DNA of 39,882 nucleotides from Priapulus caudatus (taxonomy: Eukaryota), in assembly GCF_000485595.1 (NCBI RefSeq), contig NW_014577084.1:42616-82497 (forward strand), given 5' to 3'. This document shows positions 12,986-26,193 of this stretch, one piece after another (position 1 is the first letter of the stretch; every line of letters starts with the position of its first letter). The position numbers were made by a program, and so were the translations under genes. A model generated the notes under the pieces. That model was not told the origin of the DNA. It saw nothing but the letters and a program-made list of their open reading frames with translations, and made no database searches.

Positions 12986-13376
12986 TGATTATTTCCCCGG
13001 CAAGCCGGACAACTAAGCCAAGAAATCAAACTAGCTTCTCCGGCAAAAAGCAGACTACCGGTATGCCGCTGCGCAAACCATAACCAAACCATGAAACCAT
13101 AACGTCCAAACCAGAAGTAAGGGTTAGGGTTGCGGCGGCGACCCATAGGCGGAATACATTATACAGCGGCGGCGGGACACTTCGGTCTGCCGAAGAATTT
13201 AACTATGACTTTCAGCACTGCTTCTACAGCAAAGCCGGAGAAGCAGTGCTGAAAACGTGCACTTGTTTCTCTGGCGCCGGAGATCTAACAAGAAAATTTG
13301 TTCTTAATTCTCCAGCGGCTGGAGAACTAACGATGGTTTTCACCGCTGCTTTTCCGGCTGCCGGAGAAATAATACC
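12986..13376. mobile_element. TIR element with an internal GGGTTAGGG motif
   Basis: ATTATTTCCCCGGCAAGCCGGA versus TCCGGCTGCCGGAGAAATAAT inverted ends; repeated CCGGAGAA subterminal motifs. Confidence 0.55.
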
Positions 13377-13647
13377 AGCCAATATATTAATCTACTGAAA
13401 AGTTTACCTGCTAAATTATCCCTCCTGTTATCTGATAATATTTTCACCATCCTGGTTCCGCATCCGCGCTAACCATCACCGCATCCTGGTTATTTAATTT
13501 TATTCTTTGCACCACGAATCCAACCTTTTTACGCCTTATCTTTATGTTCATCTATCTGTTTTATTTATCTCAGCTGCTCCTGATGATTTGTATATCGTGG
13601 CTAACGTACTATTAGTATTACTTTGCATTGTTGTGTTTAGGTAGCAA

Positions 13648-14795
13648 ATGAAACCCAAAGGTATGTCTAATAAATCATCACCATCTGGAGACTCGGACGC
13701 GTCGTCCGGTGAACGTGTTCTCGCTTCAGACACGTTTGCTGAACATTTGAGCTGCCAAGTGAGCCAAGAGGATGTACTCTCCATGCTGCTTGCACAGAAA
13801 GAAATGTAAAGAAACGTGACAGCATTTACTTGTAACTCGTGTTATTACATATTGTATTGCTCGAAATAGACATTACAATGCTTGCAAAACATTTATATAA
13901 ATGCTAGCATCAGCAGTACGTAATATTCTATTCCTCATTGTATATTTTAAATCTGAACAACTATTATTTGCCCCAGATGTAATTAGAATATTATTATTGT
14001 TAGCACTGTGTATTAAGTTTATAGTAAACGTACATGCATAAAATATGAAATAGAGTAACTAGTAACTTTCTTTGTCATACTCTATCTATGTCTTATATGC
14101 TTTCAGCACTAATGGAGATCAGTGAGCTATGGAACTACTAGGGCTGTAACGATCCACCGAAATCGAATCGGATCGCGATTCTCTTCCCTCGATCCGATTC
14201 TCGATATTTTTCCCCGTATTTTCGATTCCACTTCGATACCACTTTTTTCCTCCAATAGATGGCGGCACTACGCTATATACTGTGGAGTGTTACTCACCAA
14301 TGTTACTCAGCGGCTGTGCAGTGTATATATACTCGCTAGACTCTCTAGTCTATTCACCATTTAGTATTCATTGGCAATTTCTAATAATTTATTATTGCAA
14401 AATAATGAAAATATAAAAAATAAGATTACATTTCAATATTTTGGGAATCGAATCGAAGGAATCGAATCGAGAGGCTAATATCGAGAACCGGATCGAATCG
14501 AGAGGCTAATATCGAGAACCGGATCGAATCGAGAGGCTTGGGTATCGTTACAGCTCTAGGAACTACTATACAGTTTTGTAATTTCCTGTGCAGGTTGGCA
14601 CGATTTGAGAAGACGAATGAAATGCTCGTAAATTGCAACGCGTTGGCAGCAGCCCGTGTTGACTATGCTCATCTGGAATTCCGACGTCACACGCAACTTC
14701 TAGTAGAAATGAAGAAAGATTTAGACATTGTATTCAGAAGAATAAGGTATCCTATCATCTACTGCTGACATGTAGAAACATGGATCGTGTGTGTG

Positions 14796-14844
<49 letters not shown>

Positions 14845-15936
14845 GTATGTGCATACATGCTTGCTTTAGTGCGACCAATCATCACACGCAAGTTTATGCA
14901 TGCACATTTGGGTTGGTGCGTTATCTACTTTTATTACTTTTCATCAATATTTATGTGATGCCTGCACACGCGTCAATTAATTAGCTGCTTTTTTCTAATT
15001 TGTACACATTTTTAAAGGTCATGATCAAATCTGTTTAGCGAAGATTTCATTTAACACAACCAAAATCTTGTTTTCCAGGAAACTGAAAGTAAATCTTGGC
15101 AAGAGATACCCGGAAGCTTTTGCAGGTTGGTTATTTAAATGTACATTTATTTATTTCATATTAGATCAACATGCATTTTACATTCACTGTTTATCGCTGT
15201 CGTTGATCCTAAAGCTATTCCACATTCATTTCTCATCGTCACACAGAAAACTCTGTTAGAAAGTCAGGACCAATCACGTTAGTCGATCTCGAAAGTGTCG
15301 ACCCTTTTATGTAACGCCTGTTGTACTACCATATTTACTCGGGTATAAGTTGCACTCGTGTATAAGTCGCACCCCATATTTTGCCTTGAAAAGTTGGTAC
15401 AAACATTGGTACATTAACAAGATTTCTTTGCCTTGTGTATAAGTTGCATCCTTGATTTTTTTATTGAAGTTGTGTACAAAAAAGTGTGACTTAAGTTATA
15501 CACGAGAAGATACGGTATTTCTGCACACACGCATCACATCATATTAGACCAACTTGCATTTGACATTCATTGTTTAAGGCTGTCGTTGATCTTAAATGCC
15601 ATTTAAACGCCTGTCGTTCTCTGTCTGCAAACCCGCATCACATCATATTAGATCAACGTGCGTTTGACATTCATCGTTTATGGCTGTCATTGATCTGTAA
15701 TGCCGTTTAACCTCCCGTCGTCCTCTGTCTGCACACACACACACCAACATTGCCTCACGATTTCAGCTTGCAGTCCTGTCGGGTCGCCGGACGACGAGGA
15801 AGATCCATCTCATCCGAGCGTAGGCGCGCAGCCTCCAGGTCGCGAGGTCGCATCGCGCGACGCCGTGCAGGGTCGCTCCGCCACCGCCTCCGCGAAAGAT
15901 CTGGCGAGCACGCGAAGTTTGTCGGCGACGTCCTGA
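13648..15936 (+). CDS. KXD1: KxDL motif-containing protein 1 (BORC/BLOC-1-associated). Coding exons 13648-13805, 14594-14746, 15079-15125, 15767-15936
   Basis: GT-AG introns in phases 2, 2, 1 join to give ...[79 protein letters not shown]..., matching the KXD1 signature RFEKTNEML...EMKxDLDxxFRRIR...PEAF, followed by an acidic DDEED tail. An acceptor at 13639-13640 implies an unlocated 5' UTR exon. Confidence 0.93.
14139..14558. mobile_element. hAT MITE in KXD1 intron
   Basis: TIR TAGGGCTGTAACGAT / ATCGTTACAGCTCTA; exact 8-bp TSD GGAACTAC; ATCGAATCG subterminal repeats. Confidence 0.92.
15158..15735. repeat. Three copies of an intronic repeat (ATTAGATCAAC..GCATTTGACATTCA..GCTGTCGTTGATC)
   Basis: Copies at about 15160, 15543 and 15647; the last two are tandem (about 105 bp). 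Confidence 0.75.
15329..15515. mobile_element. Tc2/pogo-like MITE in KXD1 intron 3
   Basis: TA|CCATATTTACTCGGGTATAA ... TTATACACGAGAAGATACGG|TA. Confidence 0.7.
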
Positions 15937-16279
15937 GATGGATTCAACACCACGCTGCTGCCCGTTAATGTTGCCACGGCGACTATAGCAGGTGTATCCG
16001 CGACGTCCTGAAAGCTGCACTTTGGGAGAGCGATCCATCGCCGTGCGAGCGCGTCGCGGCCGGCTAACATGGCGACGGCGACTATCACGTGATTATCGGC
16101 GATGTTGTAGTAGGGGCAGGCTCGACGTGAGGTCCGTGCGTGGGTCGTGAGCGAGCGGGGTCGAGTCGCGTGGCTGTAGCTTTCGTGGCGAGGGACCGTC
16201 AGACGCGGAGTCGTCGGGGCAATGCGGTTCGAGTCTACACCAGCGCCGTTTACCCATTTCCCGTCCGTACGTTGACTAC

Positions 16280-16900
16280 CCAGTAGAGAGATGTAATGGT
16301 GCGTAATGTGTGGATGAGACCAGCCACAGAGATGTAGAGGTGTAGCAGTGTAAGGACGACTGAGAACGGAGAGTAAGCAATATCGCGCACGTGTGGAGAA
16401 CTTCAGGTAGTGATGTAATCGTGTCTTGGTGTGTTAAAAATTAAGTACGTTGAGAGAGAGGTGTCTTCGTGTTTGCACGACTGAGAAGAGAAAGTTAGAG
16501 GTGTCCCAATCTGTTGGTGACGGAGAATAGAGAGATAGAGGTGTCTCAATATATAGGTGACTAAGAACAGAGAGATAATGGTCTCGCGATTTGTGAACAA
16601 CAGAGAATAGAAGGGTAATAGGGCCTTGGTGTGTAGACGACTGAGGTCGGGGATGAAGTGATGTCTTGGTTTGATTTCTGTGTGAATGCAGGACTGAGAA
16701 TGACGATAAAGAGATGTTTCAATGAGTGAACAAGCCATCGCAGTGGTGTAATGATAACAAAGCATGTAGACGACTGAGAATAGATGGTAGGTGGTACCAT
16801 AATGTCTGGTCGAGTGAAATAGGGAGGAAGTGGGTCTCTCTATGCGTGGAGAAAGCACTACAATAATGTAATAATGTGCAATAATGTCTTGGTATTTTGG
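16280..16900. repeat. Degenerate purine-rich minisatellite of about 40 bp
   Basis: Recurrent GACGACTGAGAA and AGAGATGTAGAGGTGT motifs. Confidence 0.6.
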
Positions 16901-17591
16901 GCACGCCTGGGCCAGCCCAGCATTAATGAGAAAAGCTGATATTAAATTCTAGCAGCGTTGTGATTCGTGGTACATTTTACCACTGGATTACTGAGTGACA
17001 GCCAAAAATTCATTCTTTTTGGCATTTTTGGTACATTGGGAATATGTTTTCAGTCGGAGTATGGCGGAAACCATTTTATCTTATTTGTCTCGTTCTGGTA
17101 CCGTAACTGTAATCCACTCATCAAATTGTGAAATAAAATTTGCTGCAATTTGGATATACATTATTTTAGAATGGCTGTTTACAAGCTAAATCCCCAGAAA
17201 ATGTACGTGGGAGAGATTTGTAACACATGCGTTATCCACACTTCTTGCACCTATAGATGGCAGGACCGACATGAAAGCTGATCATTCGCGCTTTATTGGT
17301 AGTATGCGCATGGCTATTGATTTTCAAAACTGTTGTAAGTCGTAAGCTTTCCCTATGAGTAGTTTCGTATATGCGATGCGTACTAGTTCAAATATTTTCA
17401 CGTCAACTTGACTCTGCATGCTCGCTTACATTCGGTCTGGGTGCAGAAACGCGTGCAAGAAAGCATGGACACAAACACAGTCACCTCAAAACACAAGCAC
17501 GTACATTTAGCTTTATTTTAAAGATAGTTACAGGAGTCTCACTGCCGGAACAAGAGCGAATAAGTCAAATGGTTTTACGATATGATAATAT

Positions 17592-17659
17592 CAGGAGTGA
17601 ATAATAATAATCGATTATCTAGTGATCAATAATGTTTAATCTATTATTATTCACTCCTG
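17592..17659. mobile_element. Tiny foldback element CAGGAGTGAATAAT...ATTATTCACTCCTG (sibling at 24309-24345)
   Basis: Inverted repeat whose termini are related to the 6022-6341 cluster. Confidence 0.6.
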
Positions 17660-17753
17660 ATAATTATGATTATGATGATATCTGTGGTATCAGAGGGGAG
17701 GGAAATGCAGCCCCTCCCTCCCGCACATACACGCACGCGCACACACACACGCG

Positions 17754-17803
<50 letters not shown>

Positions 17804-18250
17804 GTCATACTAAGTCATTATGCTGATATGCGGTTACATTGTGTCAATCTGTTTCATTATCTAGCGCGTCTATTTTTGTTAATTCTCGCAAGTTACTTGT
17901 CACTCACTGTTTATTTGAATCTGCAGATTCGTGCCTGCTCTGCTAGATGATCATGACCTCTCACATTATTTACCCCCCTCCCCCCCAACAGACACATCGT
18001 CTACTAGTGGGTTCATGTACGGGCATGGCATGATGCCATCGTCCTATACCTTCGCCTATGTGATTTCACTTTATACAAGCAGTTCACGCCCTTGTTTAAA
18101 AAAATGTCAAGCGAATCTGATATCATCTGATATAGACAGACCATCATGAGACTACTGATTATGGACTGATCATAGACAGACCAAGTAGTTACCCGCTGCG
18201 TGCACTTTGAACGACCATGGGCACAGAAAGCAAATAGAGCGTTATGGACA

Positions 18251-18323
18251 TATATAAAGAGCGGCTTGGTCCAGTATCGCTCTCTATGCTCTCTAGCGTT
18301 TGTTGACGAAGCGATCCTTATAG
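18251..18323 (+). promoter_or_regulatory. TATA box and non-coding exon 1 of GST unit 1
   Basis: TATATAAAGAG at 18251; donor AG|GTAAGT at 18323/18324; same layout upstream of the other GST paralogs. Confidence 0.75.
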
Positions 18324-18936
18324 GTAAGTGCTGACGCGTACTCTATGCAAAGCCTGACGAGTTACGCGAGCAGTAGCAGTCGCACACAACCCATCCGAAC
18401 TTGCCATAACTAGTTTGAGCTGGGCTCTACCCCATGTCAGGCACACGCGCACACACACACACACACACGCACGCCCACCGCACACACACACACACACATA
18501 ATTATACCTAATATATAATAATGATAACGTATATACCTATATATATATATAAAGCTTTAACGCCATGGTCATATACGTGAACATGTCATACGTTTTTGCC
18601 AATCGGGTAAACGCCAACGCGCGCGCGCCATGACAGATGATACATGAATGGCTCTCTACGCCACAAACACCGATGACTCATTATTAATGACAGTTCGGTC
18701 TCGTACTGTGCTGCGAGTATCGCGACGCGAGATTGTTTGGTGCCTGCAGACTAAACGCCATGTAGGGTAAAGTTGAGGTATCCGGAAGCAACACACCGCG
18801 TCGATTCGTTGACTTCTAGACAACGGCGCGCGGGATGTTGTGTATGTGATTGGGTGTGTAGTCGGCACAAGAAATAAGATCTACCCTCATCATCACACGA
18901 CTCTTCGTATATAGGTTGTGAGTGTTTGCCGCCATC

Positions 18937-19802
18937 ATGCCCGCTTATAAGCTTGTGTACTTCAATGCCCGCGGCCTCGGAGAGGTTGCCAGACTCCTGT
19001 TTGAGGTATCTGGCACCGAGTACGAAGACAAGCGAGTGACTAAGGAGGAATGGATAGAGCAGAAGAAAGGTGAGCCTCGTGCATACCTATAGTTTAGCGG
19101 AAATTAGCTCTCGCTACAGCGAAGGGAGGGAGCGAAGCGGGGCTACACTGGTAGAGCTAATCGAAAATTACTTTAAACTAAGTATGACAATTAATGGCCA
19201 TGTTTGAGGATTGCATTATTTCGAAAATCAGCAGCTTTTAATGGAATGATTGCGCAATCCAGTTACTCCTGCAATAGCGCTACGCAACGTTACATCATTC
19301 ATTTTCCTTTTTCACTATTTAACAGAAACCCCATTCGGTCAACTGCCGATGCTGTGTGTAGGTGACGACATCATCTTCCAGAGCAACGCCATCTACAGGT
19401 ACCTGGCTAGAGTTTTCGGTAAGGCTACAGCACGTGCGAGCAGGGCCGTAGCTAGCGGGGGAGGGCAAGGGGGTCCAAAAATTAGATACAATACATGGTA
19501 CGTCAATGGCGGTCACCTTCCCAGAGCACACCATACGCGTGGCATTGCATGCCCCCCAAGCAAAATGGGTTAGTTACGGTCTTGGCGAAGATTTTGCTTC
19601 CCAACAATTAGGCCTACACTAATGAGTGTCTTAGTCGTTATTGGCTGACCTTGCGCGCTGATGATAGTTGATTCTATGATGCACAGATCTGTACGGGTCC
19701 AGCAACATGCAGGCAGCTCGTATTGACTCCATCTGTGAGTGCTGGAGGGATGTGCTACAGGCAGTCCTCAACATCATTCACGAGGAGGATGAGGAACGCA
19801 AG
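18937..19802 (+). CDS. GST: Sigma-class glutathione S-transferase, cassette 1a (exons 18937-19069, 19326-19418, 19687-19802; no private 3' exons)
   Basis: [74 protein letters not shown]: catalytic Tyr, PFGQLP, QSxAI, LYG; GT-AG introns. Confidence 0.9.
19441..19584. mobile_element. hAT-like MITE in GST intron 3 (duplicated at 21393-21536)
   Basis: CAGGGCCGTAGCTA / TAGCTACGGTCCTG termini (best preserved in the second copy). Confidence 0.7.
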
Positions 19803-20131
19803 GTATATGTGTTCAGTTCGCTCATGCATGCACTCCTCTGCAAGCTCACTAAAAATTCCCAAACCTATCTATCTATATAATAATTTGAGTAGTGTCGTTC
19901 TGTTTGTTCCTGCATAACTTATAGGCGCGTGCATGAATCCGGCTGAAATTTTTCGTGCTTCATTCCTACGCATCAGGTTCGATTCTAACACTTTGCTTTT
20001 TGTTATTTATTGGGTTTAATGTTTAAAAAAAACATATTTAGATAATCTATTGGAAAATCTCCCTGGAAAACATGCACGATTCAGTTCATTTCCGCTAGGT
20101 GCGCTGCCGGAAACATACAAGGTGTGGCCAC

Positions 20132-20167
20132 CATAGATATATACAACACGTGTTGTATATATCTATG
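20132..20167. repeat. Perfect 36-bp palindrome CATAGATATATACAACACGTGTTGTATATATCTATG
   Basis: Exact reverse-complement symmetry; CATAG terminus. Confidence 0.85.
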
Positions 20168-20861
20168 CGAATACCTAACGACAGACTGATTCACAGACTA
20201 TAATGAATACAGTAGTCTATGACGTAAATGTACCGTGGTTACGCTGGGCACACGAAATGGCTGCAGTATCAAGTCCTCTCCCACCACATTGCTCGTGCTA
20301 AGCCCATACCATGTCTATATATATATTTACCCATACATATATATACCCATACTATCTATATATTTATGTATGTATATATATATATTATAGTATATGTGTG
20401 TGCGTGCGTGCGTGCGTGCGTGCGTGCGTACGTATGTGTGTGTGGGTGTGTATTTTTGTGTGTGAGCGTGTGTGTGTGTGTTATGCACTGGTAGAGGGGA
20501 GCGAACTTGATTCTTCAAGCAGGGGGCACACGCGGCTTTGGCACCGGGCGTGGTGGCGTGATTTTGCCTGCTAGAGTACTTATTATATGACTCATATCAT
20601 TATTAATTGACAGTTCGGTCCCTCGTACTGTCAGCTAGCGACGTACTCGCGCCACGCGAGAATTGATTTTGCCATGCCGACTAAACGCCATGTAGGGTAA
20701 ACGTTGAGTAATCGGAAGCCACACAACCGCGTCGATTCGTCTAGACAACCGCGCGCGCGCATGTGTGTATGTGGTTGGGTGTGTAGTCGGCACAAGAAAT
20801 AAGATCTACCCTCATCATCACACGACTCTTCCTATATAGGTTGTGAGTGTTTGCCGCCATC

Positions 20862-22561
20862 ATGCCCGCTTATAAGCTTGTGTACTTCAATTCCCGCGGC
20901 CTCGGGGAGGTTGCCAGACTCCTGTTTGCTGTATCTGGCACCGAGTACGAAGACAAGCGAGTGACTAAGGAAGAATGGATAGAGCAGAAGAAAGGTGAGC
21001 CTCGTGCATACGTATAGTTTAGCGGAAATTAGCTCTCGTTACAGCGAAGGGAGGGAGCGAAGCGAGGCTACACTGGTAGAGCTAATCGAAAATTACTTTA
21101 AACTAAGAATGACAATTAATGGCCAAGTTTGAGGATTGCATTATTTCGAAAATCAGCAACTTTTAATGGAATGATTGCGCAATCACAGTCGAGGAAATTT
21201 AGGTTTGTATTAAATTACTCCTGCAATAGCGCTACGCAACGTTACATCATTCATTTTCCTTTTTCACTATTTAACAGAAACCCCATTCGGTCAACTGCCG
21301 ATGCTGTGGGTAGGTGACGACATCATCTTCCAGAGCAACGCCATCTACAGGTACCTGGCTAGAGTTTTCGGTAAGGCTACAGCACGTGCGAGCAGGGCCG
21401 TAGCTAGCGGGGGAGGGCAAGGGGATCAAAAAATTAGATACAATACATGGCACGTCAATGGCGGTCACCTTCCCAGAACACACCATACGCGTGGCATTGC
21501 ATGCCCCCCAAGCAAAATGGATTAGCTACGGTCCTGGCGAAGATTTTGCTTCCCAACAATTAGGCCTACACTAATGAGTGTCTTAGTCGTTATTGACTGA
21601 CCTTGCGCGCTGATGATAGTTGATTCTATGATGCACAGATCTGTACGGGTCCAGCAACATGCAGGCAGCTCGTATTGACTCCATCTGTGAGTGCTGGAGG
21701 GATGTGCTACAGGCAGTCCTCAACATAATTCACGAGGAGGATGAGGAACGCAAGGTATACCTGTTCGCGCATGCATGCACTCCTCTGCAAGCTCACTAAA
21801 AATTCCCAAACCCATATAAGTAGTGCTATATGCAAGTTCTATATTCCTACTTTAACTATACTAACGATCGCACAGGGTAATATACAGACAGTCTATATCC
21901 CAATAATCATGCGAAAGTTTCCCCGGTCCTGAATTGTGACGATGCTGCAGTATTTCGTGCGGTGTTTAAATAACTGTAATTTAGGCAGCGCTCGCATCTG
22001 CCGAACTTAATTATTACCTCCACCAAGGAGGTTATGTTTTCGCCCCTGTTAGTTTGTTGTTTTGTCTGTCAACAAGATATCTCAAAAAGTTACGAACGGA
22101 TTTTGATGAGATTTTTTGGACAGATTGTTCTTGGGCCAACCACCAATCGATTAGATGTTGGTGGTGATCCGGATCCAGATCTGGATCCAGGAATGTTTTG
22201 AAGGATTTCTGTGACATTATTGTAACATTTGCCATTATTAGGACCAATAGGTGGCGCCATGTATTTCCCGAAGCCATGTGCTTCCAGTTGCACTCTGCAG
22301 AGTCAAACAACAATAGTCATAGAGAGTAGAAACAACGATATTGGGTGTGCCAGCAAGATGGGGGGACTGTTACGCTGTGGCGGAGGTTTGCTATCTCCGA
22401 TTGCTATTGTTTAATAGTGTTATTGTTTGGTGTGATGATACTCTCAATGATTCCACAAACTGATTCTGTAACTTATTTATTTGTTTCTGCAGGGGATGCT
22501 GCAAAAATTAGCTGTTACGAAGATAATCCCAGGATTCTTGGCCTTACTGCAAGCACGCCTC
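20862..22561 (+). CDS. GST: Sigma-class GST, cassette 1b (exons 20862-20994, 21278-21370, 21639-21754, 22493->22561, running into a gap)
   Basis: Near-identical to 1a (A11S, E23A, C/W in exon 3); exon 5 GMLQKLAVTKIIPGFLALLQARL is cut by the N gap; last exon presumably in the gap. Confidence 0.9.
22011..22412 (+). mobile_element. HINE/DINE-1-like non-autonomous Helentron in GST intron 4
   Basis: TTATTACCTCCACCAAGGAGGTTATGTTTTC start, GGATCCGGATCC core, 3' GGCGGAGGT plus hairpin remnant. Confidence 0.75.
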
Positions 22562-23604
22562 NNNNNNNNNNNNNNNNNNNNNNNNNNNNNNNNNNNNNNN
22601 NNNNNNNNNNNNNNNNNNNNNNNNNNNNNNNNNNNNNNNNNNNNNNNNNNNNNNNNNNNNNNNNNNNNNNNNNNNNNNNNNNNNNNNNNNNNNNNNNNNN
22701 NNNNNNNNNNNNNNNNNNNNNNNNNNNNNNNNNNNNNNNNNNNNNNNNNNNNNNNNNNNNNNNNNNNNNNNNNNNNNNNNNNNNNNNNNNNNNNNNNNNN
22801 NNNNNNNNNNNNNNNNNNNNNNNNNNNNNNNNNNNNNNNNNNNNNNNNNNNNNNNNNNNNNNNNNNNNNNNNNNNNNNNNNNNNNNNNNNNNNNNNNNNN
22901 NNNNNNNNNNNNNNNNNNNNNNNNNNNNNNNNNNNNNNNNNNNNNNNNNNNNNNNNNNNNNNNNNNNNNNNNNNNNNNNNNNAAGAACACCATCGAAAGA
23001 ACGATAAAGATGAGCGATGTCGGCTTTTTTGTATTGTCAACAAACATTTCAATTAAAATCTCGTAATAAATAACTATAAATTCGCCTGTGTCTCGTTTGC
23101 ACGGTCTTTTTTATTATTGTGCTACATAGAGACATAACAGTTAGCTCATTTTTGCACTCGGATACTTTTATTTCCCAGGACCGGAAAACTCCACCAGGAG
23201 TCTTCTAGTACTTAAAAAAATTGTGACACGATTGCGAAATGAAGATGGCGCGGATTCATAAACGTAGGAAGAAAGTATGTATGTAAAACTCGAGCGGATG
23301 AACTATTGCACCATTGGACGCTATAATCCCTGGTCGTGAAAATGACGACATTACATTACCTACATACCTCAAGGGTTCACGTCATGTAAAAAAAAATCTG
23401 TACGATAGCCTAAGTACTGCCCCTGACCTGTCCTTAAGATTCCTTTTTAATAGCAATTCGTCGTTGAGTTAGCGAGACGTTTGTGAAACGTGGAAACTGG
23501 AGGCTTTCGTGAAACACTCTATAATATATAAGGATATCCTAAAACCCCTCTTTAACCCATCACTAACTTAACGAGCGCTTCGTGAAACGGGCCCCTTGGT
23601 CACT

Positions 23605-24150
23605 CCCAGCAAACACGGAACATTTTCGTAACATTCGCTGGAGGTTCTAGTTTGGTTACATTAGCCAAAAATATTCTAAGAACATTCTCATATCGTTATG
23701 CATTCATTGGTTTTACTTGGTAAGAGAGTTATGTTCTTGGAATGTTTCTCGTAATATTTGCTGGAGGTTCTAGTGTGGTTACATTAGCTAAAAATATGCT
23801 AAGAACATTCCCATATCGTTATGCATTTATTGGTTTTAGCTGTTACTGAGAGCGTCTATGTCCCCCAGGGTACTGCCGGAACGTACCATGGGTACAGTCC
23901 GGTAAACCGGAACGTATCCTGGTACTATCTAATATGCCGGACCGTACCTCGCCTACTCCACCAACGAGTCTAGGGAGTCGCCTACGCCTACTTCCTAACA
24001 CTAACCCTAACCCTAACCCTAACTCTAACGCTAACCCTAACCATATCAAATAGTTACCAGGGTACGTTCCGGTATACCGGACCGTACCCAGGGTAGGTTC
24101 CGGCAGTACTTTGGGGGACATAGGCCCTATGAGCGTCACTGTTTGCTCGC
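23605..24150. mobile_element. CCCAGCAAACA-terminus (CMC/EnSpm-like) non-autonomous element with an internal tandem duplication of about 123 bp and a nested MITE
   Basis: CCCAGCAAACAC start, TGTTTGCTCG end; duplicated GCTGGAGGTTCTAG...CATATCGTTATGCAT. Confidence 0.5.
23849..24130. mobile_element. TIR MITE copy 2 (inverse of 12659-12932) with a (TAACCC)-like tract
   Basis: High similarity to the reverse complement of 12659-12932; TGA on both flanks. Confidence 0.75.
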
Positions 24151-25553
24151 AACTCTCTGCTATATCTAATGCACAGTTGCACACCGCACTGATTCCACCG
24201 TGCTGAAGTTCACACATACCCTCGTGAGCGCGGACATGGACATATGCTTTTCACTGCTATCGCTGATAGGCTAGCTGACTCATAATAATAATAAGCTAGA
24301 CATGTGGCCAGGAGTGAATAATAGAGATCTCCATTATTCACTCCTATAATATGGTAATGATTTCAGAACCGTGACGCAATTAATAAAGGGCACGCCAGCG
24401 TTTTAAAGACTGTTCATTTTATAGATGCACTGCAGTTTTACTTGGATTTGTTCAACGACTAATAATAATAATTATTTTATAATGGGCCCAGCCCGCAGCC
24501 CGAAATAATGATTGCAGTTAATCCGTCCGCCAGTATGTGAAATACTGACATCACGCCCATACGCAGATAATTGCGCAGATACGCTGTAAGGTTGGCCTGA
24601 AAATATTTACCTGCATGGCATGAGTAATCAGGCAAGCTCATCGTCGTGGAAAGAACAAGGTGAATAAATTCAAGGAAACTAAACCAGAGGCGTATTACGT
24701 GATAACATCTAGGGAGGGAACTAATAATCGAAGAATGGTAAATGATTTAAGATTGGTCGAACAGAGGTATATAGTTAAAAGGTCAGCCTTCGGCGAGGAA
24801 TGCATCAGCAGCTATCATTATGCAGTCAGGGAAGCATTCAATGACGAATCTAACATTGCGGTAAATGTGGGAGGGAAGGGGGCAAGTACGAGCAGTGGCC
24901 GGGGTGCGAAGTCTACGGGAGGGCTATGAGTCATACAGCGAGGTTTGAGAGGGAACCCCGGACAACAGCGTATTGTATAGTGCTTCGTGCGGTGTTCCGC
25001 GTGGGTAGATTTCCAGACTCAAATGAGTACGAAATTTGGAAAACATTGATAGTCGTGCGTGCATGTTTGAATGTTCCGAAATGTAAAGGTTACGTTAACG
25101 TTTTCTTCACTCGCCTTCGACGCGTCCAATAGAAAAATCACACAGAGCTGTGAAGACAGCACATGGTTTGCTTAGCCTGGGGTAGTTCTATCTATGCAGC
25201 CCCTTCGCACCCGCTAGATGTAACAAAGGGGCTGCACTAGTAGAGTAGTTGCTATGGCCGGGTTACACGGGGTTGGTCAAAACACCCACAGCGAATAGAA
25301 ATAGGCTGCCGCAAACAAAAACACAAAATCCACATGAAATTTTAAAGAGGCGTCACAACGAAAATGTTAGCCGGAAGGAGATCGATGCTAAGTTAGGAAA
25401 ATACTAGCGCTTAATTGATATGTGCCAAGGGCGCGAGTGCATGGTGTGTGGGGTGGGGGTGCACTGTGTACACAAATCCCCCCCCCTGGTAGCAGATTCT
25501 GCACTTTGCTCCGTATACCTAGAGCGTAGAGCGCAAACATGAACGTCTGCACA

Positions 25554-25631
25554 TATATAAAGAGCTCCGTGATTCAGAACCGCTCTCCACGCCCTGGTGC
25601 CTGCTGTCGACGCTCTTCTCCATATATACAG
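25554..25631 (+). promoter_or_regulatory. TATA box and non-coding exon 1 of GST unit 2
   Basis: GCACATATATAAAGAGC; donor CAG|GTAAGT at 25631/25632. Confidence 0.75.
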
Positions 25632-26193
25632 GTAAGTGACTAACACTTCGCGAAAACTGATTTTATACGTTACCTGGGCAGACAGGGGATTCGTCACTTT
25701 GGTATATGACAATTGTTTCCGTAACTAGGTTTTTTGAATCATCGACATCGTAGTTTTCACGCCAGGTAAGTAGATATTTGTTACGGCAGGTAATTACATA
25801 GCTTTTCATCGCGGGTAATTATATAAAACTCACTAATAACGCAACACCAGCCAAGTCCTAGCATAATATGTCATGTGGCAGTTATTTACATTCCGCGAAG
25901 ATCCTCACGAAATGTATACCTGAGCGTAGACTTTGTAACCATTGTCTTGCTTTGACATTACTATTACGGTTTAATGAATCCGGATTGAAAGGCATTGCCG
26001 GAACAAGCAAAGATCGCATCTATTTACGTGACTATAGCAATAATTACTCCTACAGACCGATAAACCCGTTTATTTTTAGGCGTTTATTCAAAGACCATTG
26101 TAAGAGTCCGTAATAGAAAACTATATAGAAGACATATAGACTCTATTATGAACTCTTGATAATATTTAGGTGTGAATACAAGTGATCGCCATC

